Shown here piece after piece: positions 46,683 through 57,500 of a stretch of 64,000 nt of DNA. The notes beneath the pieces were generated by a model. That model saw only the letters and a list, made by a program, of their open reading frames with translations. It made no database searches and was not told where the DNA came from. Numbering within the stretch: the first letter of the stretch is position 1; each line of letters opens with the position of its first letter. The position numbers and the translations under genes were made by a program. This DNA comes from Patescibacteria group bacterium (lineage in GTDB: Bacteria; Patescibacteriota; Minisyncoccia; Minisyncoccales; PEYH01): NCBI GenBank assembly GCA_018900835.1, contig JAHIFQ010000015.1, positions 50,301 to 114,300 of the forward strand, written 5' to 3'.

Positions 46683-47927
46683 TTAAATAAGGACTTTTTG
46701 CTTGATGAGATTCTTTTTTTCCAGTTCAGAGAAAATTCTGACTTTTCCGAACACGCCATCATAACCCGGTTCAATATTCACCCTTCCTTGTCTTGCCCTT
46801 ATTATTCCTTCGGCGATATGAATTGAAGCAATGTTTTCCAAATCGCTTTGCTCAACATTAAGCAGGATATTAAATTCATTTTTAAACTCGTTTATCAGTT
46901 TGTCATATTCAATAACAACTTTCTTCGCGCTTACTCCGCAACCAAGGGCTTCAGCAATAACCTCTTTCAGTGGAATCAAGCTCTTGAATGGGACAGCTCC
47001 TTTAGGAATGAATCCTTCTTCTTTGTCAGATAGTTTGCTTATCCGGTTCACAACCCCAAGAGTAAGTGGCTTTCCGCAGACAGGGCAAACATTATTGTAT
47101 TTTTTTGATTCTATTGGGGACAAAGAAATTTCGCAAGCCCTATGCCCGTCATAATGGTATTTTCCCTCTTCAGGGAAAAACTCAATGGTGTAGAGAAATT
47201 TTTTAGGGTCCTTGGATTTAATCGCTTCAATAATTCCGGCATAACTCAAATCCGTGTCAAAAACATTTGCCTCTCTGCCTAATTTTTCCGGCGAATGAGC
47301 GTCAGAATTTGAAATCAAAGCCACTCGCCTGCCATCAGGAATCCTCCATATCATTGAAGGGTCAGCAGACAGGCCTGTTTCTAAGGCGAAAATGTATTTA
47401 GAATAATCGTCAAAACATTCTTCTATTGAATCAAATCCTGATTTTGAGCCAAAAATAGCAAACCACGGAGTCATACAATGAGCTGGCACAAAAAGGCAAT
47501 TCTCATCCGCTTCCAATACAATTTTTAAAAGTTCTTTTGAATTTAATCCCAAAATAGGCCTTCCATCTGAATGAATATTTCCTATTTTTGAAAGCGTCTT
47601 ATTGATCTTCTCAACTGCTTCCAGCGAAGGAGCAAAAATAATATTATGGACTTTTCGCACCTTTTCCTTATATGAATAAATACAGCTTATTTCCGAACTT
47701 AATAAAAAACGAATCTCATCTTGAGATTTTTTTAACTTAAACAGACCTTGCTCTGCTGGTTCTAATTTTTCTTCAATTTCTTTAATCCATTCAGGATGAG
47801 TAAAGTCCCCTGTGCCAACAACCCGTATCCCCTTAATTTTAGCTGATTCAGCAATATGCTCTAAATCCGCGCTTGGAGAAGTGGCGCGAGAGTATTTTGA
47901 GTGGATATGGAGGTCAGCTATAAACAT
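46683..47927 (-). CDS. PHP-domain endonuclease Q family protein
   Basis: ADLHIHSKYSRATS, GTGDFTHP, PAH, ETGLS, SNSDAHS, GKYHYDGHRAC, CPVCG, PGYDG. Confidence 0.88.
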   Translation of the reverse strand: MFIADLHIHSKYSRATSPSADLEHIAESAKIKGIRVVGTGDFTHPEWIKEIEEKLEPAEQGLFKLKKSQDEIRFLLSSEISCIYSYKEKVRKVHNIIFAPSLEAVEKINKTLSKIGNIHSDGRPILGLNSKELLKIVLEADENCLFVPAHCMTPWFAIFGSKSGFDSIEECFDDYSKYIFALETGLSADPSMIWRIPDGRRVALISNSDAHSPEKLGREANVFDTDLSYAGIIEAIKSKDPKKFLYTIEFFPEEGKYHYDGHRACEISLSPIESKKYNNVCPVCGKPLTLGVVNRISKLSDKEEGFIPKGAVPFKSLIPLKEVIAEALGCGVSAKKVVIEYDKLINEFKNEFNILLNVEQSDLENIASIHIAEGIIRARQGRVNIEPGYDGVFGKVRIFSELEKKNLIKQKVLI

Positions 47928-48009
47928 AGAATATGAATTTCTAATTTTTAATTTTTAATCAATGATTTAATGACTTAATGTTTCAAAATTCAAAATTCAA
48001 AATTGTAAA

Positions 48010-48564
48010 TTATAATTCAATCTCTTTGCTTATTTCCTTCATCGCATCTAAAGAAATCTTTACAAACTCTTCCAGCGACAGTCCGAGAAGCAGTTCACAT
48101 TTTCCAATTATCTCTCGGTTAGCTCCTCTGGCAAACGCCTTTTCCTTAAATCTATTCAGCACATTTTCCGTGGTAAGCTCTTTGATATTTTTTGACGGAA
48201 GAACCAAGGTAGAGGCAACAATTAATCCGCTTATCGGGTCGCAGACAAACAATGCTTTTGCCATAAGCCCTTCTGGCGCGATAGAGTGCGCTTCATTATG
48301 CGTTTTAACTGCCTCACAGATTTCTTCGCCGAAGCCCAAGTTCTTGAGCATTTCTGCGCCAATTAAAGAGTGCTTTAGCGGAGCGTCTTTTGTCTTTTCA
48401 TAATCAATATCATGCAACAATCCAGCAATCCCCCATTTTTCAGAATCTCCGCCCAATCGCTTGGCAAGCCCTCGCATAATCGCTTCAACTGCCAAACAAT
48501 GCTTGAGAAGATTGTTGTTAAACAAATTCTCTTTTAATAATTTATGCGCTTCCTCTCTGTTCAT
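48010..48564 (-). CDS. HDIG/HD-domain metal-dependent hydrolase
   Basis: KHCLAVEA, GLLHDIDYE, FKEKAFARG. Confidence 0.88.
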   Translation of the reverse strand: MNREEAHKLLKENLFNNNLLKHCLAVEAIMRGLAKRLGGDSEKWGIAGLLHDIDYEKTKDAPLKHSLIGAEMLKNLGFGEEICEAVKTHNEAHSIAPEGLMAKALFVCDPISGLIVASTLVLPSKNIKELTTENVLNRFKEKAFARGANREIIGKCELLLGLSLEEFVKISLDAMKEISKEIEL

Positions 48565-49343
48565 AATAATGACTGGATAATTTTTGTTTTTGGATAATTT
48601 TCTATTTGTTTAAGATGGCTCTTGTTGCACCATTCCCAAAGCCGTTTAGCGCCGATAAACCCATCAATATCGTGATTAAAATCCTTCAATTCCTTAAACT
48701 CAAACTCCCCTCTTGCTGGCGAAAATTTATGATAGCAACTTGTCTTGCCTCCTCTAATTAAAATTTTTCCTCCTTTTACTCTTTTCTTTGCTCCACAAAA
48801 CTTACATTCCTCAAATTGGTCTAATCGAAGAATCCATCTTGTTTTTGCCATCCTTTTTGAAGGAACGGATTTGTTATAGGCGCCCATATATGCGGCAAGT
48901 TGCAAGGAATATTCGTCCCAAATGCCAGAACCGGTCTTAATATCTAAGACACCCAAAACACCTTTAATTTCAACTAATGCATCAAGAGTGCCTGCATACC
49001 GGTCTTCTAAATCATAAACCTTTCTTTCTACATCATTTTGGACATCCAAAATTTTTGCCTTGTACTCTTTTTTCCATTTTTTAAACGCTTGAATTGACGG
49101 AATAATTATCGGGTCAACTTCATATTCCTCCCCAGTTAAAAATTTTTCCACTGCCTGATGTGTAGCTGTCCCCCAACTGGCTGCATTATCAAGTGTTTGT
49201 TGCGCTGCCATAAAATTTGGCTGTTGGGCATAGTACCTTAAAAGCCCGGGCTTAAAGACCACATTCGTGATGCTCGTTACTCTTGGCAACCAATAACTCT
49301 CTATATCATATCCGTTTTTTTCTTTGAATTCCTGTAGGGACAC
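48561..49343 (-). CDS. PD-(D/E)XK exonuclease-like protein
   Basis: LPRVTSI, GTATH, YAGTLD, LDIKTG, LQLAAY, CKFC. Confidence 0.8.
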   Translation of the reverse strand: MSLQEFKEKNGYDIESYWLPRVTSITNVVFKPGLLRYYAQQPNFMAAQQTLDNAASWGTATHQAVEKFLTGEEYEVDPIIIPSIQAFKKWKKEYKAKILDVQNDVERKVYDLEDRYAGTLDALVEIKGVLGVLDIKTGSGIWDEYSLQLAAYMGAYNKSVPSKRMAKTRWILRLDQFEECKFCGAKKRVKGGKILIRGGKTSCYHKFSPARGEFEFKELKDFNHDIDGFIGAKRLWEWCNKSHLKQIENYPKTKIIQSLL

Positions 49344-49366
49344 GTTCCTTCGCTTCGCTCAGTCAA

Positions 49367-49430
49367 GCGCAAAGTGCAAAACGCAAAATGCAAAACTGCG
49401 AAGCAAAAATTAAAAATTAAAAACAAAAAA
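49367..49430. repeat. degenerate 7-mer tandem repeat (GCAAAAN / TAAAAAT)
   Basis: gcgcaaa gtgcaaa acgcaaa atgcaaa ... attaaaa attaaaa. Confidence 0.65.
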
Positions 49431-49444
49431 TAAAAAAGAAAAAT

Positions 49445-49738
49445 TTAATCTTTTTTCTTGATGATGATTTTATAAACATTGTCCAGAAAATCTCCGCCTG
49501 CGTAGCCGACCACAAAAGCAATGGAAGCGGAAAAACCAATGGTCAAAATATCGTTGCTGATATTATTGATTGCTATCGCGCACAATGTTCCCACTATTCC
49601 TGATAAAAACATCATTGAAAAAAAATAAGGCAGATTAAAGCCAACATTTTTATATGAATACTGGTGCTTAATATAGCCCATTAATCCGCGCACCACTCCC
49701 CCTCCAAACCCAGCAATGATAATTAAAAAATAATCCAT
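49445..49738 (-). CDS. small three-TM membrane protein
   Basis: GFGGGVVRGL, VGYAGGDFL. Confidence 0.75.
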   Translation of the reverse strand: MDYFLIIIAGFGGGVVRGLMGYIKHQYSYKNVGFNLPYFFSMMFLSGIVGTLCAIAINNISNDILTIGFSASIAFVVGYAGGDFLDNVYKIIIKKKD

Positions 49739-49835
49739 AATCGATGGTGTTAATTATTAGAATATCTTATCATGGTTTCTCAAAAAGAAAAACCGCCGAC
49801 TATTCTGTTTCCAAAGATTCAGAAATTGTCGGCAG

Positions 49836-50090
49836 TCAGATGAGGCGGAGTTGGCCTCTTTCTCGCGAGTATGCAATCGCTGCTGCTCGCCTGAAGGCGC
49901 TTGTAGGGATTTTGTACGACATGTTCCTTTTGCCACTATCTGCGCTACTTGCGACAGAGACAGGCCTAAGCTTCCTCCCCCACGGCTTCCAAAAGGTGAC
50001 GGTTACAGGATAGGGGTTTTTATAGACCTCCATCTTGATGAGAATGCCTTCTTCCGTTTTATCAACAGATAAAACATCAGATAATGCCAT
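49836..50090 (-). CDS. small hypothetical protein with own promoter and perfect SD
   Basis: AAGGAGGTGA SD 4 nt before ATG 50090; TTGACA-16-TATAAT at 50171-50144. Confidence 0.7.
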   Translation of the reverse strand: MALSDVLSVDKTEEGILIKMEVYKNPYPVTVTFWKPWGRKLRPVSVASSADSGKRNMSYKIPTSAFRRAAAIAYSRERGQLRLI

Positions 50091-50173
50091 GACGATCACC
50101 TCCTTCTGGATTTTTCCAGATATAGTCCCAATGATCTGTCTTCATTATACACCCAAAATCCCCATTGTCAACC

Positions 50174-50202
50174 AAAATTACGAGGCCAGGCCTCGTAATT
50201 TT
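50174..50202. repeat. palindrome family D: AAAATTACGAGGCC-A-GGCCTCGTAATTTT
   Basis: Perfect 14-bp arms. Confidence 0.85.
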
Positions 50203-50207
50203 ATCTC

Positions 50208-50831
50208 TTATCTTAATGGTTTTTTGAAAAGATGTTTAGGATAAATTCTTTTAAGGAAATCTGTAAAGTCCTGCATTTCTTTTCTATAAGCTATTAATTT
50301 TTCTTGCGCTTTTTCTTCATTAAGCCCCTTAAAAACTTCTGCTCCGTTGCTCTCGATCTCAAAGCCATAACCAACTCCTCTGAATCCGAGCATATCTTCA
50401 AAATCACTTTTTCTTTCTCTATAAAAAAGGTTCAATAAATCTATAAGCTGTCCTTTCATTGCCATGCTTTGAGCTGTGACCCTTTCTCTAATCTCCTCAT
50501 TGTCATACCAGTCCTCGATTTCAGGGGTTTCGGGCTGAACCATAATCCCAGGGGTAAGCCTTGCGCCTTCTTCCAAGTGCCCCTCACAAGATTGAGTGGT
50601 TTTTATATCAAAGGCGTTAAACATAACTACTGCTTCTTTGATTCCTTCGTCAATCGGCATTCCGAGTTTATCCGTCATTTTATCAATCTTCTCTCTGATG
50701 CCTTTTAGTTCCTTATCAGCTTCTTTTTGCTCGTGTTCTCCTAATTCTTCCTTGGTCATTGTAAGTTCAGGCTTGCCGTCGTCTCTGCTGCTCACACCCT
50801 CATATTGTGGTTTTTCTAGACTTCTTGGCAT
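50208..50831 (-). CDS. hypothetical protein (DxLGMPIDEGI...TTQSCEGH motif)
   Basis: 207-aa ORF on the main coding strand. Confidence 0.7.
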   Translation of the reverse strand: MPRSLEKPQYEGVSSRDDGKPELTMTKEELGEHEQKEADKELKGIREKIDKMTDKLGMPIDEGIKEAVVMFNAFDIKTTQSCEGHLEEGARLTPGIMVQPETPEIEDWYDNEEIRERVTAQSMAMKGQLIDLLNLFYRERKSDFEDMLGFRGVGYGFEIESNGAEVFKGLNEEKAQEKLIAYRKEMQDFTDFLKRIYPKHLFKKPLR

Positions 50832-50890
50832 AAATATTATTTAATTATCCTCGTGTAATTTATTAAAATAATTATTTAATTTAATATTTC

Positions 50891-53317
50891 TTATAAGTTT
50901 GACCTTTTAGCAATCTCTCTTTCCACTAAACTTTTTAATTTCCCGTATTTTAAACTGGAGATCTTTTTTATGGACTCCACCTGTTTTAAATTACCATCTT
51001 TCGGCTTATAGGTCATAAACTTGAATGCATTAGAAACCTTACCGTCAATTAACATTTTAATTACTAAATTGAAATTATCTAAATTAACAAGGTCAAATCG
51101 TGAAAACTCTGGTTCAAACTGTTTTTCTAAAAGTTCTGCATCATCAGCGCTAATCCTGTATGCCCCTATCGTCCCCACATTACCAAGCACAGCGTCTCTA
51201 ATCTTATCTTCTAATTGAGGGATATATTGATGCGCTAAAATAAGGTTTAGCCGATATTTCCGGGCTTCGGAAAGAATAGTGGTGATGCTGTCAGTGGTAA
51301 AATTCTGGAACTCATCAATATAAAGGTAGAAATCAGCTCTCTCCTCTTGTTTAACCCTTGCCCTTTTCATTGCTGCCATCTGCATCTTGGAAACCAATAT
51401 TAAACCAAGTAAGGAACTATTTACTTCGCCTGTTAGTCCCTTGGATAAATTAGCTAAAAATATCTTCTTTCCATCCATGATTTCCCCCAAATCAAAGCCA
51501 GAGTGAGATTGCCCTATTATGTTTCTCATCATCTCGTTCTCAATAAAGCGACCGACCTTAGAGACAACATAGCCCAGCATATCTGAACGAGTGGCTCCTG
51601 TTGTTTGTTTCCATTCTTTCAACCAGAAATTTTTTACTATTGGGTCTTCAACCTTCATTAATTTCTTTTGCATAAAGTCATCATCTGTGAACATCCTCGG
51701 AATCTCCACCAAAGTTCCTGGGTTATCTTTATCAGCCATTAGGGCTAACATCGCATTTCTCATATAGTGTTCAAACATCGGACCGATTATTTCTGGCGGA
51801 AAAAGTTTGTGAAAAATAGCAATCATTTCTTGAACAGCAAAATCTTTCTGTTCCGGAGTATCGTATTCAAGCATATTAAGTCCAATAGGCCTTTCCATAT
51901 CAGATGGCTCGAATAGCACCACATCATCTACTCTTTCTTTAGGAATGTTGGCTAAAGTGGCTTCAATAAGCTCACCATGAGGGTCTATTATTCCAAGGCC
52001 TTCGCCATTAAGAATGTCTTGGCGAATCATCTCCTGTAATAAACTGGTTTTGCCGGTTCCGGTTTGTCCGACAAGATAGAAATGGCGACGCCTGTCTTCC
52101 CTGGTTGAAAAATATATATCTTTTTCCTCGCCCCTGAAAGTGACTTGCCCAATCAGATTTAATCCCTTGTCCGGGAGCTCGCTTGGCGGAGCAGCCACCC
52201 CCGACTTAGCTGTTTTGATATAGGGGGTTTCAATATAATGAGTGGGAAAATGATAAATACTAGCTAACTCTTCAATATTGAGAATATTTCCTTGAATAGG
52301 ACTAAAGTTTCTAAAACTAAAATCATAAATGAGCTTCTTCAGCCGCTTCTTTTTGGCCATTACAACATCAAAGCCATTCATAGAATAAAGAGAGAACTGT
52401 CCGAATGCTCCTCGAAGATGGCCTAAAATTTCTTCAGCCCTTATCTGGGTCTCGGCTGCAGCCATCAACCTTATATTCACATCAAAAACCTGTTTTTGAA
52501 CTTTGCTCTGGATGGCCTCAATAATTTTTTCATCTACTGGCAGTTCTTTTTTATTGTCTTGTTCTGGTTTATTTTTTTTCTGGCCAGTGATAATACTGTT
52601 CAATTCAAATAAAAATTCCACCAACCAAGAGCGGGAGGATTCTGCGATAGCCAACTTGATAGGTTTTCCTTCTCGGATATTACCCAATATCTTATCGCCA
52701 ACCTTGGACCATTTCTTTTTGGTAAACGGTCTTATAACCACCTGCACTGCCGCGCCTTCATCGTGGCGAATCTTGCTTAGGGTATTGGTTATTGTGGCTA
52801 ATGCGTCTTTCTCTAAATTCTTATAAGTGCTAATCGGGAAAAAAGAAGGACCAGATAATTTCAAATAACAACCAGCTGTAGCGCCGGCAGGTTCAAATAT
52901 AGTATAGTCCTGGGGCACTTTTTCCACCAAAGCCCTTGAATAAACTCCTTGAACATACTTCTCAAACGCTGTTTCTAAAAATGTAGGGACTGCGACATAA
53001 AAAGATATATCTGACCCTCCAATTTGAGAAGCTATTTCAAAAGCCATTCTTGGCGGTCCGTAAACAGTTCTTTTCCAAAAATTCGGTGTTTTCAAAGATA
53101 AAAAGGTGCTGAAAATCTGCTCCATTTGGGCAATCAATACTTCTTCTCCTTGCTCTATCATTTCCTCTTTCTTAAATTCGTATTTTGGCATAGTCACTAA
53201 AAAAAGAGCCATATCAAAGCTCTCTAAAAGTCGCCCTTTATTCTTTATCTTATTATAGAAAAACATTCCGACTCCTAACGCGATTATGGCTAAAATAAAT
53301 ATTATTAGAAAAACCAT
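50891..53317 (-). CDS. VirD4/TraG/HerA-like (DUF87) ATPase with N-terminal TM helix
   Basis: DRRRHFYLVGQTGTGKT, IDPHGE, LYIDEFQNF, LSEARKY, AHQY. Confidence 0.9.
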   Translation of the reverse strand: MVFLIIFILAIIALGVGMFFYNKIKNKGRLLESFDMALFLVTMPKYEFKKEEMIEQGEEVLIAQMEQIFSTFLSLKTPNFWKRTVYGPPRMAFEIASQIGGSDISFYVAVPTFLETAFEKYVQGVYSRALVEKVPQDYTIFEPAGATAGCYLKLSGPSFFPISTYKNLEKDALATITNTLSKIRHDEGAAVQVVIRPFTKKKWSKVGDKILGNIREGKPIKLAIAESSRSWLVEFLFELNSIITGQKKNKPEQDNKKELPVDEKIIEAIQSKVQKQVFDVNIRLMAAAETQIRAEEILGHLRGAFGQFSLYSMNGFDVVMAKKKRLKKLIYDFSFRNFSPIQGNILNIEELASIYHFPTHYIETPYIKTAKSGVAAPPSELPDKGLNLIGQVTFRGEEKDIYFSTREDRRRHFYLVGQTGTGKTSLLQEMIRQDILNGEGLGIIDPHGELIEATLANIPKERVDDVVLFEPSDMERPIGLNMLEYDTPEQKDFAVQEMIAIFHKLFPPEIIGPMFEHYMRNAMLALMADKDNPGTLVEIPRMFTDDDFMQKKLMKVEDPIVKNFWLKEWKQTTGATRSDMLGYVVSKVGRFIENEMMRNIIGQSHSGFDLGEIMDGKKIFLANLSKGLTGEVNSSLLGLILVSKMQMAAMKRARVKQEERADFYLYIDEFQNFTTDSITTILSEARKYRLNLILAHQYIPQLEDKIRDAVLGNVGTIGAYRISADDAELLEKQFEPEFSRFDLVNLDNFNLVIKMLIDGKVSNAFKFMTYKPKDGNLKQVESIKKISSLKYGKLKSLVEREIAKRSNL

Positions 53318-53322
53318 ATCAT

Positions 53323-53736
53323 TTACTTGGTAATTTTTTTATAAAAACCATCCTTGATTAGTAAATCATGAAAAATGTCAAGCATATAAGCGTCATCCAT
53401 TGCCCGAGCAGTTGCAACTGCAAAAGGAATTCCCTTTGTTTGCGCCAAGCCGAAAAGGCCCCTTAGCTTACCCTCTGCATCAAGCTTCTTGATATCCTGC
53501 GCTTTCTCCTCGGCTTCATCCTGCAATTGCGGAGTTGACTCTATTAATTCTATTTCTTCTTCCAATTTTGCCATTATTGCCTTTTCTTCTTCCGGAGAAA
53601 TCTTCTCTTTCTTTCCTTTTTCTATCTCCCTCTCAGCGGTCTCTATTTGTTCCGATTCAAAATCCTCGGCTAAACGCCTTTTAATTTCTTCTATATCACT
53701 AACTTTGCCCTCTCTTTTTTCAGGAATTTTCTCCAT
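53323..53736 (-). CDS. acidic hypothetical protein co-oriented with ATPase
   Basis: KGIPFAVATAR...LDIFHDLL; 5 nt from the downstream gene. Confidence 0.75.
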   Translation of the reverse strand: MEKIPEKREGKVSDIEEIKRRLAEDFESEQIETAEREIEKGKKEKISPEEEKAIMAKLEEEIELIESTPQLQDEAEEKAQDIKKLDAEGKLRGLFGLAQTKGIPFAVATARAMDDAYMLDIFHDLLIKDGFYKKITK

Positions 53737-53756
53737 AAATTTAACAGCTTATAAAC

Positions 53757-54061
53757 TATTCCTGCTCTCCTCCTTTTTCCTGTTCTGCCTGTCTCTTAAC
53801 GACGCCTTCATTAAAAATCTTCAACACGACTTTATTCTTACTTTATACCATTAAAACCCTGGAGTCAATAATCCTATTAAGCCCCTGTCCCTAAGTCCAT
53901 CTCTCACGCCTTCTGAATCAAAAAACTTAGACCCTCTTTCTTTTATGTCTGCCAAGATGCTCTCTGCGCTCATTTTCTCTTCCCTCGTCACCTCTTGACT
54001 GACATCTTTATCCAAAAATCGGAGCTTCTTTATCTGGATTAAATTGTTCTCTGTTTCTCAT
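53757..54061 (-). pseudogene. probable frameshifted gene remnant
   Basis: MRNREQFNPDKEAPIF, then a frameshift to LDKDVSQEVTREEK...GLLTPGF*, then RVEDFNEGVVKRQAEQEKGGEQE*. Confidence 0.4.
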
Positions 54062-54142
54062 AATATGTGAATAATATGATTAAAAAATATAATTATTTAT
54101 CTGTAAGTACTCGCTTCCCGAGCACTTGTTCAACAAGAAACC

Positions 54143-54499
54143 TTACGCGCTGGACATCAGTTTTATTCCGAGTCCTGCAATTTTGCCTCCACCCAATATT
54201 AATATCCAGGCAAAGATAGACCAACTTATCAAGTTCATTAATTTGAACAAAATCCCCGGAGGAAAAATCTTTGTCAATTGGTCGCTTATTGTCTGCTCCA
54301 CCTGCTTTTGAATATCCTGCGCGCTCGTTGTGCTTAATGAACCATCCTTGTCTAATCCAAAATCAATCTCATCAGAACGGAACACCTGCGGAAGCGCCTG
54401 ATTGCCTTTAAAAATATTATACGATGAATACAAACCCCAAGAGATAATAAGGAGGCCTAATATCAAAAGAATAATTCCAATAATTTTATTGCCTACCAT
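54143..54499 (-). CDS. two-TM membrane protein
   Basis: Hydrophobic N- and C-terminal helices. Confidence 0.75.
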   Translation of the reverse strand: MVGNKIIGIILLILGLLIISWGLYSSYNIFKGNQALPQVFRSDEIDFGLDKDGSLSTTSAQDIQKQVEQTISDQLTKIFPPGILFKLMNLISWSIFAWILILGGGKIAGLGIKLMSSA

Positions 54500-54533
54500 A
54501 ATTTTGATTTAATAAATGATTAATAATAAATAA

Positions 54534-57500
54534 TTAGCCCGATTTGCGGAACTCGCAAATGTTTTTAAAGTCGCAGGATTGGCATTGCCAACCCGGAGCT
54601 GCCTTGAAATCGCTATTCTCAATCTTTTCAATTTTACATAAGACCTCTTGCTTGAATTTCTCTCTCTCTCGCTCATTGCTTTGAAAGGTAATTTTTTCGT
54701 TGTTCTGAAGATAATAATAACTTAAATATTCCGGCATTTTGCCAAAAATCTGTTCTCCTGCCAGTTGGTAAATAAGCAATTGTTCTTTCTCATCTTTCGT
54801 GAGCTTATCTTTGCCTTTGCCTGTTTTGTAATCAATTATTTCAAGTTCTCCATCAGGTAATTCATCAACTCTGTCTATTTTGCCTTTTATGCTATTATCC
54901 TTAATTTTCAAGAAAAAATCCAATTCTAAACATGGCTTACTATTCAAAGATAAAATCTTTGGCTGTTCTTTGAGAAATTTTTCCAAAAAATCTTTTAAAG
55001 TATCTTTCCCTAATTTAAAATATTCCTGCTTCTGTTTTTTATCCTCATACCACTCATCAATCCAATTTCTTTCATAAAAAACAATCATCTTCTTAAATTG
55101 CTCGGAAAAATCAATCTCTTTCTTAGCGCTTGGTTGAGCCGAGTTTTTGAAAAGCCCTTCTTGATTTTCTTCTTTGTTTTCAAGATAATCTCCTAAAAAT
55201 TGGCGTAAAGTATTGTGTATTGTTTTTCCAAAACTGAAAAATGCTGTGCCGATTCGCGGAATCTTTAAAATGTGGGAAAACTTGTACTGTAGGGGACATT
55301 TATCAAAAGCAGCGAATTGAGAATAGGAAAAATGCGGAGGGATATTATATTTTGTTCTTCTCTTCTCTTTTGTTTCTACTTGTCCTGATTCTAATGATAC
55401 TTTCTCTCCAGTTTGCTCTTCTGGCTTTTTAAAATTTATCTCTTCTAAAAATCTAGATAATTTTTTCTTTCGCGCTCCTCCATAATCATCCGCCGAGGTA
55501 AAGAACAGCCCTTTTTTCGCCCGAGTCATTGCTACATAAAACAATCTTCTTTCTTCCTGTAAATGGACATCTCCGCTCGGCACAATCTCTTTCACCAATT
55601 TACATGGAATTTCTATCGCCTCCTTTCTTTCATTGGTTGGAAATCTCCTATCCACAAGATTGATTATAAAAACGAATTTGAATTCAAGTCCTTTGGCAGA
55701 ATGTATGGTCATTATTTTCACCGCATCAGGACCCTTCTCTATATCCATTTCCAACGACCCGGCTTCCCCTGATTCAAGCTCCATATTCATTGCCATCATA
55801 AAATTGGCAAGGGTTGGCTCTGGGTTGCTTTCTTCAAATGATTTTATCTTTTTATAAAATTGGGTTATCAAATTAATATCCCTCTCGCTCTCCTGTTTTA
55901 CCATTTCCTTTAAATATCCTGAATCGTTCAAAAAAGCGAGAAAAACATCCCCTATGCTTTTCTCCCTTATCAATTTAGAATGTTTTTTAATCAAATCCAT
56001 TAGAAATCCAATTTTCTGTACTGTGTTTTTTGAAATCCCTGACACCAAAGGCAAATCCTGCAATGTTTCGTATGTTGATTGGGTTTTTTTCTTGCTGAAT
56101 TGATTTATTTTAACCAATTCTTCAATCCCCACTTCAAACAATGGCAAACTCAAAAGCCGATTCAAGGCAGAACTTTCATGATAATTATCAAGTAATCTGA
56201 AATAGGAAACAATGTCTAAAATAACTGGCTGGGAGTAAAGTCCTTTTGAAGCCAAAAATTCGTATGGAATTCTTTGTCTTTCTAATTCTTTGAAAAATGG
56301 AGTTGCCGAATCATTCGCCCTTACCAACACAACAAAATCAGAAAAACTTGTCTCTTTGTCTTTACGCATAATTTCAGTAATTTTCTTTGCAACGCCCTCT
56401 GCTTCTCTTCCAAGGGTTGCGAAATGAAGATGCTCAATCAGTCCCGCTGAATCATCTTTGGCTCTTAACTTTTTATCTATCTTTTTAAACGAGGAAAGCT
56501 CAATACCTTTTTCCTTTGCCTCAACAGCAATTTCTTTATCTTGATTCAATTGGTATTCAAGCCGATTTGGATTATTCAACTGGATAAAATTATACGCTAA
56601 ATCAAGAATATTCTGGGTTGAACGATAATTCTCCACAAGGATTATTTCTTTTGACTCTGGAAAGTCCTTTTTGAATTGCAGGACATTATTGAAAGACGCA
56701 CCCATGAAGCGAAACACACTTTGGTCATCGTCTGCGCAAACAGTAAGATTATTTTTCGGCTTAGCCAAAATTTTAATCAACTCATATTGCGCCCAATTAG
56801 TATCTTGAAACTCATCAATCAAAATATATTTAAATTGGCTTCTATATTTTTTCAAAATAGTTGGCCTCTCCTTAAATAATTTCAAGCAATAATTTATCAA
56901 ATCCCCGAAGTCCAAAGCATTGTTTTCCAAAAGCAAGCGTTGGTAAATATGATAAGCGTTAGCCAGTTCGCTTATTCTCTGCTGTTCTATTTCTATTTCT
57001 TTTTGGGATTTTTTTTCTTTTTTATCCATTACTCTACTCCCGAAAATACCATCATCAAAATTCCTCTTAATATCATCTGCGTATTGGAGATAATCCTCTG
57101 GAAAAATAGCTTCGTCTTTGCACTTGGCAAAATGATTAATCAAAGAATGAATAAATTTTGAAGGATTCCCAAGAGGACGGTAATAATCAAGATTAAATTT
57201 ATCTAAATTTTGCCTCACTAAAACCCAGCCCCCTGTTTGGTCAAGCAATTTGAAATTAGTAGGCAAGCCAATGTCTAATCCATGCTCTTTTAAAACTCTT
57301 TCGCAAAAAGAATGGAAAGTGGAAATCCAAAGGTCTAAATAACCAAAAGGCAAAAGCCGGTCAACTCTTTCCTCCATCTCGCCTGCTGCTTTTTCAGTGA
57401 ATGACAGCGCTAAAATTTCCTGTGATTCTGCTAATTTGTTCTCTATTAAATTGGCTATGCAACGAGTGATTACTGTGGTCTTGCCAGTTCCTGCTCCTGC

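Noticed and set aside
50891-53317. Conjugative element
   Set aside because: No relaxase, other T4SS genes, integrase or att sites; such ATPases are common chromosomal genes in CPR.
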